This document shows positions 46,213-54,621 of a DNA stretch of 64,000 nt, in pieces. This stretch comes from a bacterium (lineage in GTDB: Bacteria; Bdellovibrionota_B; Oligoflexia; Oligoflexales; RGVZ01). The position numbers and the translations under genes were made by a program. How positions within the stretch are numbered: the first letter of the stretch is position 1; every line of letters begins with the position of its first letter. Under the pieces are notes generated by a model that worked only from the letters and a program-made list of their open reading frames with translations, did not search any database and was not told the DNA's origin. The stretch spans positions 3,030-67,029 of the forward strand of contig RGVZ01000001.1 of assembly GCA_010029825.1 (NCBI GenBank), written 5' to 3'.

Positions 46213-47403
46213 TTGAAGAGCAAGAATGGCGACAAGGTCATGGCAAAACCGATGGTGAAGGGCGCTTCGTTGCAGGCGCGTCATGAAGCTGCGTCGCACG
46301 AATCTGACTCGATTTCCACCGGACGCGGGGAAGTTCCGAAAGGAACTGCGGCTCTGGAAGCATTGCTGGAGTCGGTTTCCGGCTCGAAACTCCTGATTTG
46401 CATTCGCGGGTATCCGGACCCCGACAACATCGGGTCATCTCTGGCATTGCAATGGCTCGCGCGCCAGTACGGCATTGATTCGAGGATCGTCCATTTCGAG
46501 GAAATCTCTCACCACGAGAACCGTGCCCTCGTAAAAAAGCTCGATATCGAACTCGACGAATGGCACGAAGGGTTTGATTGCTCCAAGTTTGACTACTATG
46601 CCGTTACCGACTCCCAGACTGCGGAATTGCCGATCAAGTTGCCTGGTAGTTGCCAGTTGCTGGCTTTTGTCGATCATCACAAGCCCCTGGGCAATATCCA
46701 GGGCCGTTTTGTCGACATCCGGGAGAACTCGGGATCGACCTCCGCCATCTTTGCCGAATACCTCGTGGAAAGTTCCCATCGTTTCGAGGGATCCTCCCCT
46801 GAGATCACCAAAATCGCGACGGCCCTGATGCACGGGATTCGTTCCGATACGGACAACTTCGTCAACGCGACGATGATCGATTACCGGGCGAGCGAGTTCC
46901 TGTCCAACTTCGTCGACAAGGACTTGCTGGCGCTGATCTCGCGTCAATCGATTCCGGCGAAGACTATGGATCTCACTCAGATCGCCCTCCAGAGAAAAGA
47001 CATCCGCGGGACGTTCATGTTCTCTGGTGTGGGATTTGTCCGCGATGAGGACCGGGACGGCATCGGTCAATGTGCCGATTACCTGCTCCACCGCGAAGGC
47101 ATCGAGACCGTGATTGTCTACGGTGTCGTTGGCAATGAGTACATCGACGGATCCTTGCGCACCAAGTCACACACCCTTGATCCGGACAAGTGGTTGAAGG
47201 ACGTTTTCGGCCAGGACAAGGACGGTAACTATTACGGTGGCGGGCGGAAGGACAAAGGCGGTTTCCAGATCCCGCTGGGTTTTTTCGCCAGTTGCTCGGA
47301 CAAGGAACTCCTCTGGATCCTGATCAAGAAAACCATCGACGAGCTCTTCTACGACAAGATCGGCGTCGAGGGTAAATCCTCCCTGGACGGTGAAGGGGCC
47401 TGA
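46213..47403 (+). CDS. DHH-family phosphoesterase (NrnA-like)
   Basis: Contains 'DPDNIGSS', 'FVDHHKP', 'GSTSAIFAEY', 'GIRSDTDNF' and 'YGGGRKDKGG'. The start is uncertain (TTG 46213 or ATG 46240). Confidence 0.8.
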   Translation: MKSKNGDKVMAKPMVKGASLQARHEAASHESDSISTGRGEVPKGTAALEALLESVSGSKLLICIRGYPDPDNIGSSLALQWLARQYGIDSRIVHFEEISHHENRALVKKLDIELDEWHEGFDCSKFDYYAVTDSQTAELPIKLPGSCQLLAFVDHHKPLGNIQGRFVDIRENSGSTSAIFAEYLVESSHRFEGSSPEITKIATALMHGIRSDTDNFVNATMIDYRASEFLSNFVDKDLLALISRQSIPAKTMDLTQIALQRKDIRGTFMFSGVGFVRDEDRDGIGQCADYLLHREGIETVIVYGVVGNEYIDGSLRTKSHTLDPDKWLKDVFGQDKDGNYYGGGRKDKGGFQIPLGFFASCSDKELLWILIKKTIDELFYDKIGVEGKSSLDGEGA

Positions 47404-47406
47404 GAT

Positions 47407-47736
47407 TCAGCCCCTGCGGTCCTTGACTTGAGCCTCGATCCATTCCAGAAACGCCTGGCTGCCACCGTTCATTGGCACCGAGACGATGCAGGGGTTTTCA
47501 TAGGGGTGACGCGCTGCCACGAACGATATCAGGTCGTTCAAGGATTCTTCCGTCGTTTTCAGGATCAATACGGACTCCTTGTCCTCGCGGACCTGGCCTT
47601 CCCATTCGTAGACAGAAGTCATACCTGGTATGACGTTGCCGCAAGCGGCCAGACCGGCCTTGACGCAGCTGTGTGCCAGCTTGAGACCTGTTTCGGTATC
47701 CGGTGTTGTCACATAGACCAGGCACTTCGTTTTCAT
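47407..47736 (-). CDS. cutA: divalent-cation tolerance protein CutA
   Basis: Contains 'VYVTTPDTETGLKLA...ACGNVIPGMTSVYEWEG...YENPCIVSVP'. Confidence 0.88.
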   Translation of the reverse strand: MKTKCLVYVTTPDTETGLKLAHSCVKAGLAACGNVIPGMTSVYEWEGQVREDKESVLILKTTEESLNDLISFVAARHPYENPCIVSVPMNGGSQAFLEWIEAQVKDRRG

Positions 47737-48209
47737 GGTTCGGATTTCTCCTCGAGAAGAATGGTCACGGGTCCATCATTGCAAAGTTCGATATCCATGT
47801 CGGCCCCGAATTCCCCTGTTCCGACATGGACGCCCCGCGCGCGCAGGCAGGATACGAAATGCTCGTAAAGTCGCATGGCGTCTTCGGGTTTCGCGGCGTC
47901 GATGAAGCTGGGGCGGCGTCCACGTGATGTGTCCGCGAACAGGGTGAACTGGCTGACTGCGAGGATGTCACCTGAGGCTTGCGCGATATCGAGGTTCATC
48001 TTCCCCTGGGCGTCAGAAAATACGCGCAGGCCGCAAATTTTCTCTGCCAGTCGGGCCGCGATCTCCGGTGTGTCGCCGTGCCCGATCCCGACCAGTAAAA
48101 GCAGCCCACGGTCAATCCTGGCTTTTTCCACTCTTTTTGCAGTTTGCCCGGGCGTGTGGTGTTTTACCGACACCGAGGCCCGGGAGACCCGCTGCAACAC
48201 GATCCTCAA
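47733..48209 (-). CDS. dtd: D-aminoacyl-tRNA deacylase
   Basis: Contains 'MRIVLQRVSRASVSV', 'LLLVGIGHGD' and 'SQFTLFADTSRGRRPSF'. Overlaps the cutA start by 4 nt. Confidence 0.92.
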   Translation of the reverse strand: MRIVLQRVSRASVSVKHHTPGQTAKRVEKARIDRGLLLLVGIGHGDTPEIAARLAEKICGLRVFSDAQGKMNLDIAQASGDILAVSQFTLFADTSRGRRPSFIDAAKPEDAMRLYEHFVSCLRARGVHVGTGEFGADMDIELCNDGPVTILLEEKSEP

Positions 48210-48314
48210 GTTGACGTCCCCCCAATTTCAACGTTTTCCCTAAAAGTTTCGGGTTTAAAGCCGATGAAACCCGTCAGTATGGCGCGCGGCGCGCCAGCAA
48301 GAGGGAGTTTTATC

Positions 48315-48808
48315 ATGAGCGACCAGGATCGCGATGGATTCTTGAAGGGCATCAGGTCCTTGTTGCGCGCGCTGGGTGAGAACCCTGACCGCGAGGGTCT
48401 TCTGAAGACCCCGGACCGTTTTTTGCGCAGCCTCGAGTTTTTGACTTCGGGCTACCGCGCCGATGTTGTGAGCATCACGTCCTGCCGTTTTTCGGGCGCT
48501 GCCATGTTGGATACATTCCGAATGGCAAGGTCATCGGGCTTTCGAAGATCCCGCGAATCGTTGATGCGTTCGCGCGGCGATTGCAGGTCCAGGAACGGTT
48601 GACCAACGAGATATCCGAGGCCCTGCAATCACATCTGGCGCCGCATGGTGTCGGCGTCGTGATTGAGGCGTATCATTTTTGCATGATGATGCGAGGGGTG
48701 GAGAAGCAGAACTCATATACCATGACGAGTTCGATGCTGGGCGCGTTTCAGGACATGTCCACCCGCCACGAGTTCCTGACTTTGCTGCAAAGTCACCGGA
48801 GCCGCTGA
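48315..48808 (+). pseudogene. folE: GTP cyclohydrolase I, disrupted (internal deletion of about 70 nt causing a frameshift)
   Basis: From ATG 48315 (after AGAGGGAG) the N-part reads '[31 protein letters not shown]'. From about 48464 the conserved remainder runs in another frame: '[46 protein letters not shown]...HFCMMMRGV'. About 24 aa normally lying between these blocks are absent. Confidence 0.7.
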
Positions 48809-48821
48809 TTCCCGCCTCTCC

Positions 48822-49511
48822 ATGGCGGGTGGGACGGAGACCAGGAAGATGGCTGCTCGACACGTCTACACCTACGTCGACCCGGTTCGCGAGCGCGACA
48901 TGGAGGAGGCTTGCCGGGTTCTGGCCAACGACGGAGTGATTGCCCTGCCAACCGAGACGAGCTGGTGCCTTGTCTGCGACGCGGACAGCCCGAAGGCCCT
49001 CGAGCGTATCCGCCGGCTGAAACCGGGTCACCCGAAGGAGCGTCCGTTCAGCCTCATGTGTGGCTCGATCTCCTCGGCTGCCCACGTCGTCAACATCGAT
49101 AATGTCGTCTATCCCTTGCTGAAGAAAGTGCTGCCGGGCCCGTATACGGTCATTCTGGAGCGCAACCGCAGTTTGCCGCGCCTGATCCACGATAACCGTC
49201 GTGAGGTGGGAATCAGGATCCCCCGCGCGGCTCTTGTGAGGGCACTGTTGGAACGTTACGGGCGGGTTCTCGCGGCGGCAACGGTTCCGCAAGTTCAGTT
49301 GAAATCCAACGGGTTTGACGAATTGCACCTGCCGCGGTTCGGCCATGAGATCATGGACGCCATCGGTCATGGGCTTGATTTAATCCTCGATCTGGGCGAT
49401 GAGGTTCCGGGAGTCGAGACCACGATTGTTGACTGCACGAGTGGCGTGCCGTCCGTGGTGCGCGAAGGCGCCGGAGACACGGCGCCATTCACCGGGGTCG
49501 CTCACAGGTGA
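48822..49511 (+). CDS. tsaC: L-threonylcarbamoyladenylate synthase (YrdC/TsaC family)
   Basis: Contains 'GVIALPTETSWCLVCDA', 'RIRRLK...ERPFSLMC' and 'LPGPYTVIL'. Confidence 0.85.
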   Translation: MAGGTETRKMAARHVYTYVDPVRERDMEEACRVLANDGVIALPTETSWCLVCDADSPKALERIRRLKPGHPKERPFSLMCGSISSAAHVVNIDNVVYPLLKKVLPGPYTVILERNRSLPRLIHDNRREVGIRIPRAALVRALLERYGRVLAAATVPQVQLKSNGFDELHLPRFGHEIMDAIGHGLDLILDLGDEVPGVETTIVDCTSGVPSVVREGAGDTAPFTGVAHR

Positions 49512-50173
49512 TAGTCAGGATCATTGACGCCGGGACCATGGAATATGGCGAGGCCTGGGAATTCCAGAAGCGCCTCCACGGACGCGCGGTTGCCTCAAAT
49601 TCAGAGGCCTTCTTGATGATGGTCGAGCATCCGCCGGTCATCACCCTGGGCAAGAACGCAAGCGAGCGTTTTTTGCTGTCCGGCGAAGCCTGGCTGAAAA
49701 ATATGGGTGTTGGCATCTACCGGTCAGACCGTGGGGGCGAGGCGACTGCCCACAACCCGGGTCAATTGGTCGCCTATCCGATCATCCCGCTGCAGGCCTT
49801 TGGTCTCGGTGCGCGCGCATACGTGCATCAATTGGAATCGTCGGTGATCAATACCCTCTTGGCCTTCAACGTTCCGTCGGGCAGGGATCCTGTGCATCCG
49901 GGTGTCTGGGTTGGCAACGACAAGATCTGCGCGATCGGCACGCGGATCAAGGACCGCGCGACGATGCATGGAATCGCGTTGAACGTCCGGAACGACCTTG
50001 GAATCTTCGGGTTGATCGTCCCGTGCGGAATCTCGGGACGCGGTGTTACCAGCTTGGCGCAACTCCTCGGCACCGGGCCGGAGATGCGCGAAGTCAAGGA
50101 TGAATTCGTCCAGCGCTTCGCGGACGTTTTCAGTTGCCGTCTGGACTTTTCCCCGGTTCCTCTCGCCGATTGA
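49508..50173 (+). CDS. lipB: octanoyltransferase
   Basis: Contains 'HPPVITLGKNA', 'RSDRGGEATAHNPGQLVAYPI' and 'KICAIGTRI'. The GTG start overlaps the tsaC stop. Confidence 0.9.
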   Translation: MIVRIIDAGTMEYGEAWEFQKRLHGRAVASNSEAFLMMVEHPPVITLGKNASERFLLSGEAWLKNMGVGIYRSDRGGEATAHNPGQLVAYPIIPLQAFGLGARAYVHQLESSVINTLLAFNVPSGRDPVHPGVWVGNDKICAIGTRIKDRATMHGIALNVRNDLGIFGLIVPCGISGRGVTSLAQLLGTGPEMREVKDEFVQRFADVFSCRLDFSPVPLAD

Positions 50174-51548
50174 GTTTCGCGTACCCGTGCAGGTAGGCGA
50201 AGGCTGTCGTCAGCTGGTAGTCAGAGCGCATGGGTTCCGGCCACTGGTCAATCCACTGCGCGAGGCCCTGCGCTTTCGCGATGTCACTCAGGTCGTGGCT
50301 CTCAATGTGGCGCTCGAGATCTGATTCCTTGCGAGGGCCCTCGGTCTTCTCCGGTTTTTCAATTTTTTCAGTTTTCTCGGACTTGGATTTCCCTGCGGCA
50401 TCCTCCCCGGGCCTGGCAGGTACCACGATATCCGGCGCGATGCCCTTCGCCTGGATGGAGCGATCCTTGGGGGTGTAATAACGGGCGATGGTCAGTTTGA
50501 GCGCGGATCCATCGGGCAACGGAAGGATCGTCTGGACAGACCCTTTGCCGAACGTCGTGGTTCCCATGATGAGCGCGCGCTCATGGTCCTGCAGGGCTCC
50601 GGCCACGATCTCTGACGCGCTCGCGGAGCCGCCATTGACGAGGACGACCACGGGAAAGCCCGTGTACGTGTTCCGCTTGTGCGCGAATTCGCGTTCGACC
50701 CGGTCCTTGTCGCGTCCCATGGTCGTCACAATCAGTCCGCTCTCGATGAACAAATCAACAACCTGAACGGCCTGGTCGAGAAGGCCTCCCGGGTTATCGC
50801 GCAAATCCAGCACGAGTCCGGAAATTCCGGTTTTGGATGCCAGGTCCTTGAGCATGGCGGAGAGTTCGTCACCGGTTCCCTCCTGGAAACTCGATATTCG
50901 AACATACTCGAATTTGGGCCCCAGACTCTGGCGCCGGACTGATTTTACCCGGATGATCTCGCGAACCAGTTCGAATGTGACGGGCTCCGCGACGTTCTGG
51001 CGCCGGATCTTCAGTTTCAGTTTCGATCCCGGATCGCCGCGCATACGATCGACGGCGTCATCATTTTTCAGGTTCGTAACCACGTGACCGTTGATCTCGA
51101 TGATCTCGTCTCCCGACCTGACGCCGGCCCGCGCCGCGGGAGTGTCCTCGATTGGCGAGACGACAATCAGTTTTCCTTTCTCCTGCGATACGATGACACC
51201 GACACCGCCAAATTTTCCCTGCGTGTCGATGGTCAATTGCTCATAGGCCTTCGCCGGCATGTGCATCGTATGCGGATCGAGCTGGTCCACCATCCCCTTG
51301 AAAGCGCCCTGGACAAGGGCTGGTTCCTTGACCTTGCTTTCGTCGACGTACATCGTCTCCAGGTAGTGGAGCCCGCGCGCCAGGGTTTCCAGGGATTTGT
51401 ACCTGGCATCCGAGGCAATTTCCGCGGCGGTCTGGGAGGCGAGGGCAACGGACCCGGTGAGGGCGGCTCCATGAATCGCGATCAAGCACGTGATGAAGCA
51501 TGAAGGGATCGCGGTACGGATGCGGCTGGATCTGCCTTGAATCGACAT
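50130..51548 (-). CDS. ctpA: carboxy-terminal processing protease (S41)
   Basis: Has a PDZ domain ('SPIEDTPAARAGVRSGDEIIEINGH'), plus 'LVLDLRDNPGGLL' and 'VVLVNGGSASASEIVAGAL'. Confidence 0.9.
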   Translation of the reverse strand: MSIQGRSSRIRTAIPSCFITCLIAIHGAALTGSVALASQTAAEIASDARYKSLETLARGLHYLETMYVDESKVKEPALVQGAFKGMVDQLDPHTMHMPAKAYEQLTIDTQGKFGGVGVIVSQEKGKLIVVSPIEDTPAARAGVRSGDEIIEINGHVVTNLKNDDAVDRMRGDPGSKLKLKIRRQNVAEPVTFELVREIIRVKSVRRQSLGPKFEYVRISSFQEGTGDELSAMLKDLASKTGISGLVLDLRDNPGGLLDQAVQVVDLFIESGLIVTTMGRDKDRVEREFAHKRNTYTGFPVVVLVNGGSASASEIVAGALQDHERALIMGTTTFGKGSVQTILPLPDGSALKLTIARYYTPKDRSIQAKGIAPDIVVPARPGEDAAGKSKSEKTEKIEKPEKTEGPRKESDLERHIESHDLSDIAKAQGLAQWIDQWPEPMRSDYQLTTAFAYLHGYAKLNRREEPGKSPDGN

Positions 51549-51551
51549 GAA

Positions 51552-52370
51552 TCAACTCCTGGACGCGGCTGCGGCGGATTTCGCGATCATACGTTTCATT
51601 TTCGAGATTCGCCGGGAATCCTCTTCCGTCAACGCCTCGTTCTTCTCAAAACTCTCTACCGTGTTTTTTGCCTCTTTGATCCGCCTTTCCTTCACCAGGA
51701 TCCTGACCATGGACTCCACAGGCTCCGGGCAACGGACGCACGCGGCTTTCGCCGTCTCGAGCTTGTCAAGGGCGAGACGTGAACGGTGAGTTGTCTCGTA
51801 GATCCTCGCCATCTTCATCAAGGTCATGAAGTTGGTCGGGTTTTCCTCGAGGGCTTTGCTGTACCAACGTTCTGCCCGGACCGAGTCTCCTGAGAGCTCA
51901 GAGATCAGGCCCAGGTTGTGGTAGAGACGTTCGCGGTACACATAGGATTTGGCCGCGTCTGATGCCAGGGCGTCTTTCAACAAGCCGGTGGCCTTGGCGA
52001 ACTGTTGGGCCTGAATCAGGGCGGAACTGAGGTTCAAGACGTAGGTCATGTTGCCGGGCTGGATTTGCCGTGCTTTTTCCAGGGATTCGATGGCCTTTTT
52101 CGTGTTGCGAAGCGCCAATTGGACCAGTCCGTGGAGGTTAAGGACCTCTGGGTCATCGGGGGTCTCGGCGAGGAGCGCCCGGACTTCCTTGAGCGCCTGC
52201 GTCGCCTGGCCGCTGTCGAGCGAGTTGATGACAATTTGCTTCTTGGTCTCTTGGGTGCTGGCGGACGAAGATTTGTCGGTTTCGAGGGTTTGGCAGCTGG
52301 ACAGGTGACTTGCAATATAAGCCAATAAAATCATGTACTTGATCGCACACATGAGGCGAAATGAAGCCAT
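51552..52370 (-). CDS. TPR-repeat lipoprotein (PilF/PilW-like)
   Basis: The ATG at 52370 follows AAAGGAG. The lipobox is 'SHLSSC'. TPR-like repeats follow. The stop lies 3 nt before the ctpA start. Confidence 0.72.
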   Translation of the reverse strand: MASFRLMCAIKYMILLAYIASHLSSCQTLETDKSSSASTQETKKQIVINSLDSGQATQALKEVRALLAETPDDPEVLNLHGLVQLALRNTKKAIESLEKARQIQPGNMTYVLNLSSALIQAQQFAKATGLLKDALASDAAKSYVYRERLYHNLGLISELSGDSVRAERWYSKALEENPTNFMTLMKMARIYETTHRSRLALDKLETAKAACVRCPEPVESMVRILVKERRIKEAKNTVESFEKNEALTEEDSRRISKMKRMIAKSAAAASRS

Positions 52371-52529
52371 GCCCGGGTCTCCTTTCGTTCCCGGGCCAAC
52401 CCGGCCGGGGATATTGACTTGCCGATGCTCCAGCGGGGTGGCATTCATTAATGCAGCCACAACACGAACACGGGCCCTGATCAACAGGCGATCGAGGATC
52501 TTGGGCGTGATCATAACACGGATCCGGTG

Positions 52530-53480
52530 ATGAGCGACCAGACGAATTCTGCGAAGGCAACAGCCACCCAGCCAGACCTGGGCATGCTCCGCAAAGAACT
52601 TGGCGATAAATTGAAAGAGGCCCGCGAAAAGGCCGGAATGACCCACGACGCGATCGCCCAGGTAACCCGGATCACACGGACTTATGTCGTCGCGCTGGAG
52701 ACCGGTGACTTTGACCGGCTCCCGGGTGCCGTGTTCGGTCGCGGATTCGTGCGCAGCATCGCGCGAGTGCTCGACATGGATGCCGACGCGTTGTCCGGTT
52801 TGTACTCGAAGTGCTGGTCCTCGTCGGATCTGGAGACCACGGTAAAAGCTCCTGTCGCCGAGGGCGCGATCTCGCGCAAGATGGCCGGTCGACGCAGCAT
52901 TGCTTCTGAGATCGGAGCGATGTTGAAAGGCAGCCCCGCCCTGAAGTTCAAGATTACCGGCGCGAAATCTGTCGCCCTGCTTGTGGCGGTTCCGTTGGTG
53001 GTGCTGGCAACAGCCTCGATCACTGTCGGGATCAAGCGGGTCGGCAAGCGGGCGGCAAAGCCGGTCGAGAAGCCAGTGGAGGCTGTTGTCGAACAGGCGG
53101 CGCCAGTCCCGGCGGAACAGCCTGAGGCGTTGGCCGCCGCGAAGCCCGCGAGCGACGAACCTGCCGTTGAGATTCAAAGCGAGAAGGCAAATTTCGAACA
53201 CGTCCTCGAGCTCGTGGTGATCGAGCCGGTCAAGATCAAGCTGACCTCCGACTCGAATCAAGCCGTCATCAAGCAGCTCAAGCCAGACGCTTACCGTTTC
53301 ACATTTGCCGACCGCGCTGAGTTGACGATTTACGACGCGGCCGCCGTGGAGCTTGCCTTCAATGGCCGCAGTCTCGGATCCCTTGGAGCCAAAGGCCGGA
53401 TCCGCAAGCTCATTTTCCAGTCAGGGGCTCCGGAGTCCGCGATGAATGGCGCGGTTGGGAAAACTGAAAAGAAACTTTGA
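52530..53480 (+). CDS. rodZ: RodZ-like cytoskeleton protein (HTH, TM and DUF4115)
   Basis: Contains 'LKEAREKAGMTHDAIAQVTRITRTYVVALETGDFDRLPGAVFGRGFVRS'. Has a single TM segment and a C-terminal beta-domain. Confidence 0.8.
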   Translation: MSDQTNSAKATATQPDLGMLRKELGDKLKEAREKAGMTHDAIAQVTRITRTYVVALETGDFDRLPGAVFGRGFVRSIARVLDMDADALSGLYSKCWSSSDLETTVKAPVAEGAISRKMAGRRSIASEIGAMLKGSPALKFKITGAKSVALLVAVPLVVLATASITVGIKRVGKRAAKPVEKPVEAVVEQAAPVPAEQPEALAAAKPASDEPAVEIQSEKANFEHVLELVVIEPVKIKLTSDSNQAVIKQLKPDAYRFTFADRAELTIYDAAAVELAFNGRSLGSLGAKGRIRKLIFQSGAPESAMNGAVGKTEKKL

Positions 53481-53752
53481 TTCGGCTGCTCAATCCGGGT
53501 CATCTTTTTCGGGGCAGTTCCCCCTGATTCAAGTCGGATCGATTTGTGCCGATTCTCATCTTGCAAGTCGTTCGCGGCTTGCGCGAGATGCGATGCCGGA
53601 ACAGGTTGGTTATCGGCCTGCACGGAGATGGAACGGATGCTGACTCTCGCAGTCAGATCCTGGATGAGCGCCGGCCAAGGATTGGCCCGATTGCCAAGAG
53701 GGCAGTCGAAGGGGTCTCCAGACCGCAAGCATCCCGAAAGTGAAATGCCGCG

Positions 53753-54613
53753 ATGACACTACAGACGATTGTTGAAATCCCAGCCCTCGACGCATTCCGC
53801 CTCAGTCTTTTCTCGGCGGGGCGCAAGCTTGCCTTTGTTCCCACCATGGGAGCGCTCCACGAAGGTCACGTCTCCCTGGTCCGGCAAGCAAAGCAGCATG
53901 CCGACGCCGTGATCTGCAGTATCTTCGTCAACCCGTCCCAATTCGGGCCGGGCGAGGATTTCAACCGTTATCCGCGGACGTTGACAGAAGATGTGGCCAA
54001 ACTGGCGACAGCCGGGTGCGATGCCGTTTTCCTGCCGAATGTGGCCACAATGTATCCAGAAAAATTTCAGACCTGGGTCCGCAATGAGGCGCTGGAGAAT
54101 GACTTGTGCGGCGCCGCGCGCCCCGGACATTTCCGTGGTGTGCTGACCGTTGTCTTGAAACTTCTCAACATCGTGCGCCCGGAATTCGCCCTGTTTGGCA
54201 AGAAGGACTATCAGCAGTGGCGCCTGATCGAGAAGATGGCGCTCGACTTGAATCTGCCGGTGAGAATCATCGGAGGCGAGACAGTCCGTGAGCCGGACGG
54301 ACTCGCCATGAGCAGCCGGAACCGTTATCTCAAGCCAGAAGAGCGCCCCGTGGCCGCGGTGATCTCGAAGGGACTCAGGGCTGCCGTCGAGAAGTACAAG
54401 TCAGGCGAGAGGAACCCGAAAGCGTTGATCGAACTTGTGGCACGGGAGATTTCCGGTCATCCGGCGATCAAGATCGAGTACCTGACCATCCGCGACCAGC
54501 TGTCCCTGGCGGAGTTTCCGGGGGTCATGACGGGTCCGGCGGTAATTCTTGTGGCCGCCAGGTTGGGAGACCTGCGATTGATTGATAACATGGAACTCGA
54601 TCCTTCTGTCTGA
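53753..54613 (+). CDS. panC: pantoate--beta-alanine ligase
   Basis: Contains 'FVPTMGALHEGHVSLV', 'SIFVNPSQFGPGEDFNRYPRT' and 'FGKKDYQQ'. Confidence 0.92.
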   Translation: MTLQTIVEIPALDAFRLSLFSAGRKLAFVPTMGALHEGHVSLVRQAKQHADAVICSIFVNPSQFGPGEDFNRYPRTLTEDVAKLATAGCDAVFLPNVATMYPEKFQTWVRNEALENDLCGAARPGHFRGVLTVVLKLLNIVRPEFALFGKKDYQQWRLIEKMALDLNLPVRIIGGETVREPDGLAMSSRNRYLKPEERPVAAVISKGLRAAVEKYKSGERNPKALIELVAREISGHPAIKIEYLTIRDQLSLAEFPGVMTGPAVILVAARLGDLRLIDNMELDPSV

Positions 54614-54621
54614 TCAACCTT

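Noticed and set aside
52439-52455. Sigma-54-like TGGCAT...TGCA upstream of rodZ
   Set aside because: The GG-to-GC spacing is 11 nt rather than the required 10, and the -12 region reads AATGCA rather than TTGC.
52371-53261. N-terminal extension making the TPR ORF 569 aa
   Set aside because: A strong RBS plus a lipoprotein signal occur at ATG 52370. The extension overlaps rodZ on the opposite strand, which has clear HTH, TM and DUF4115 features. The extension itself is Arg/Leu/Asp-rich noise.
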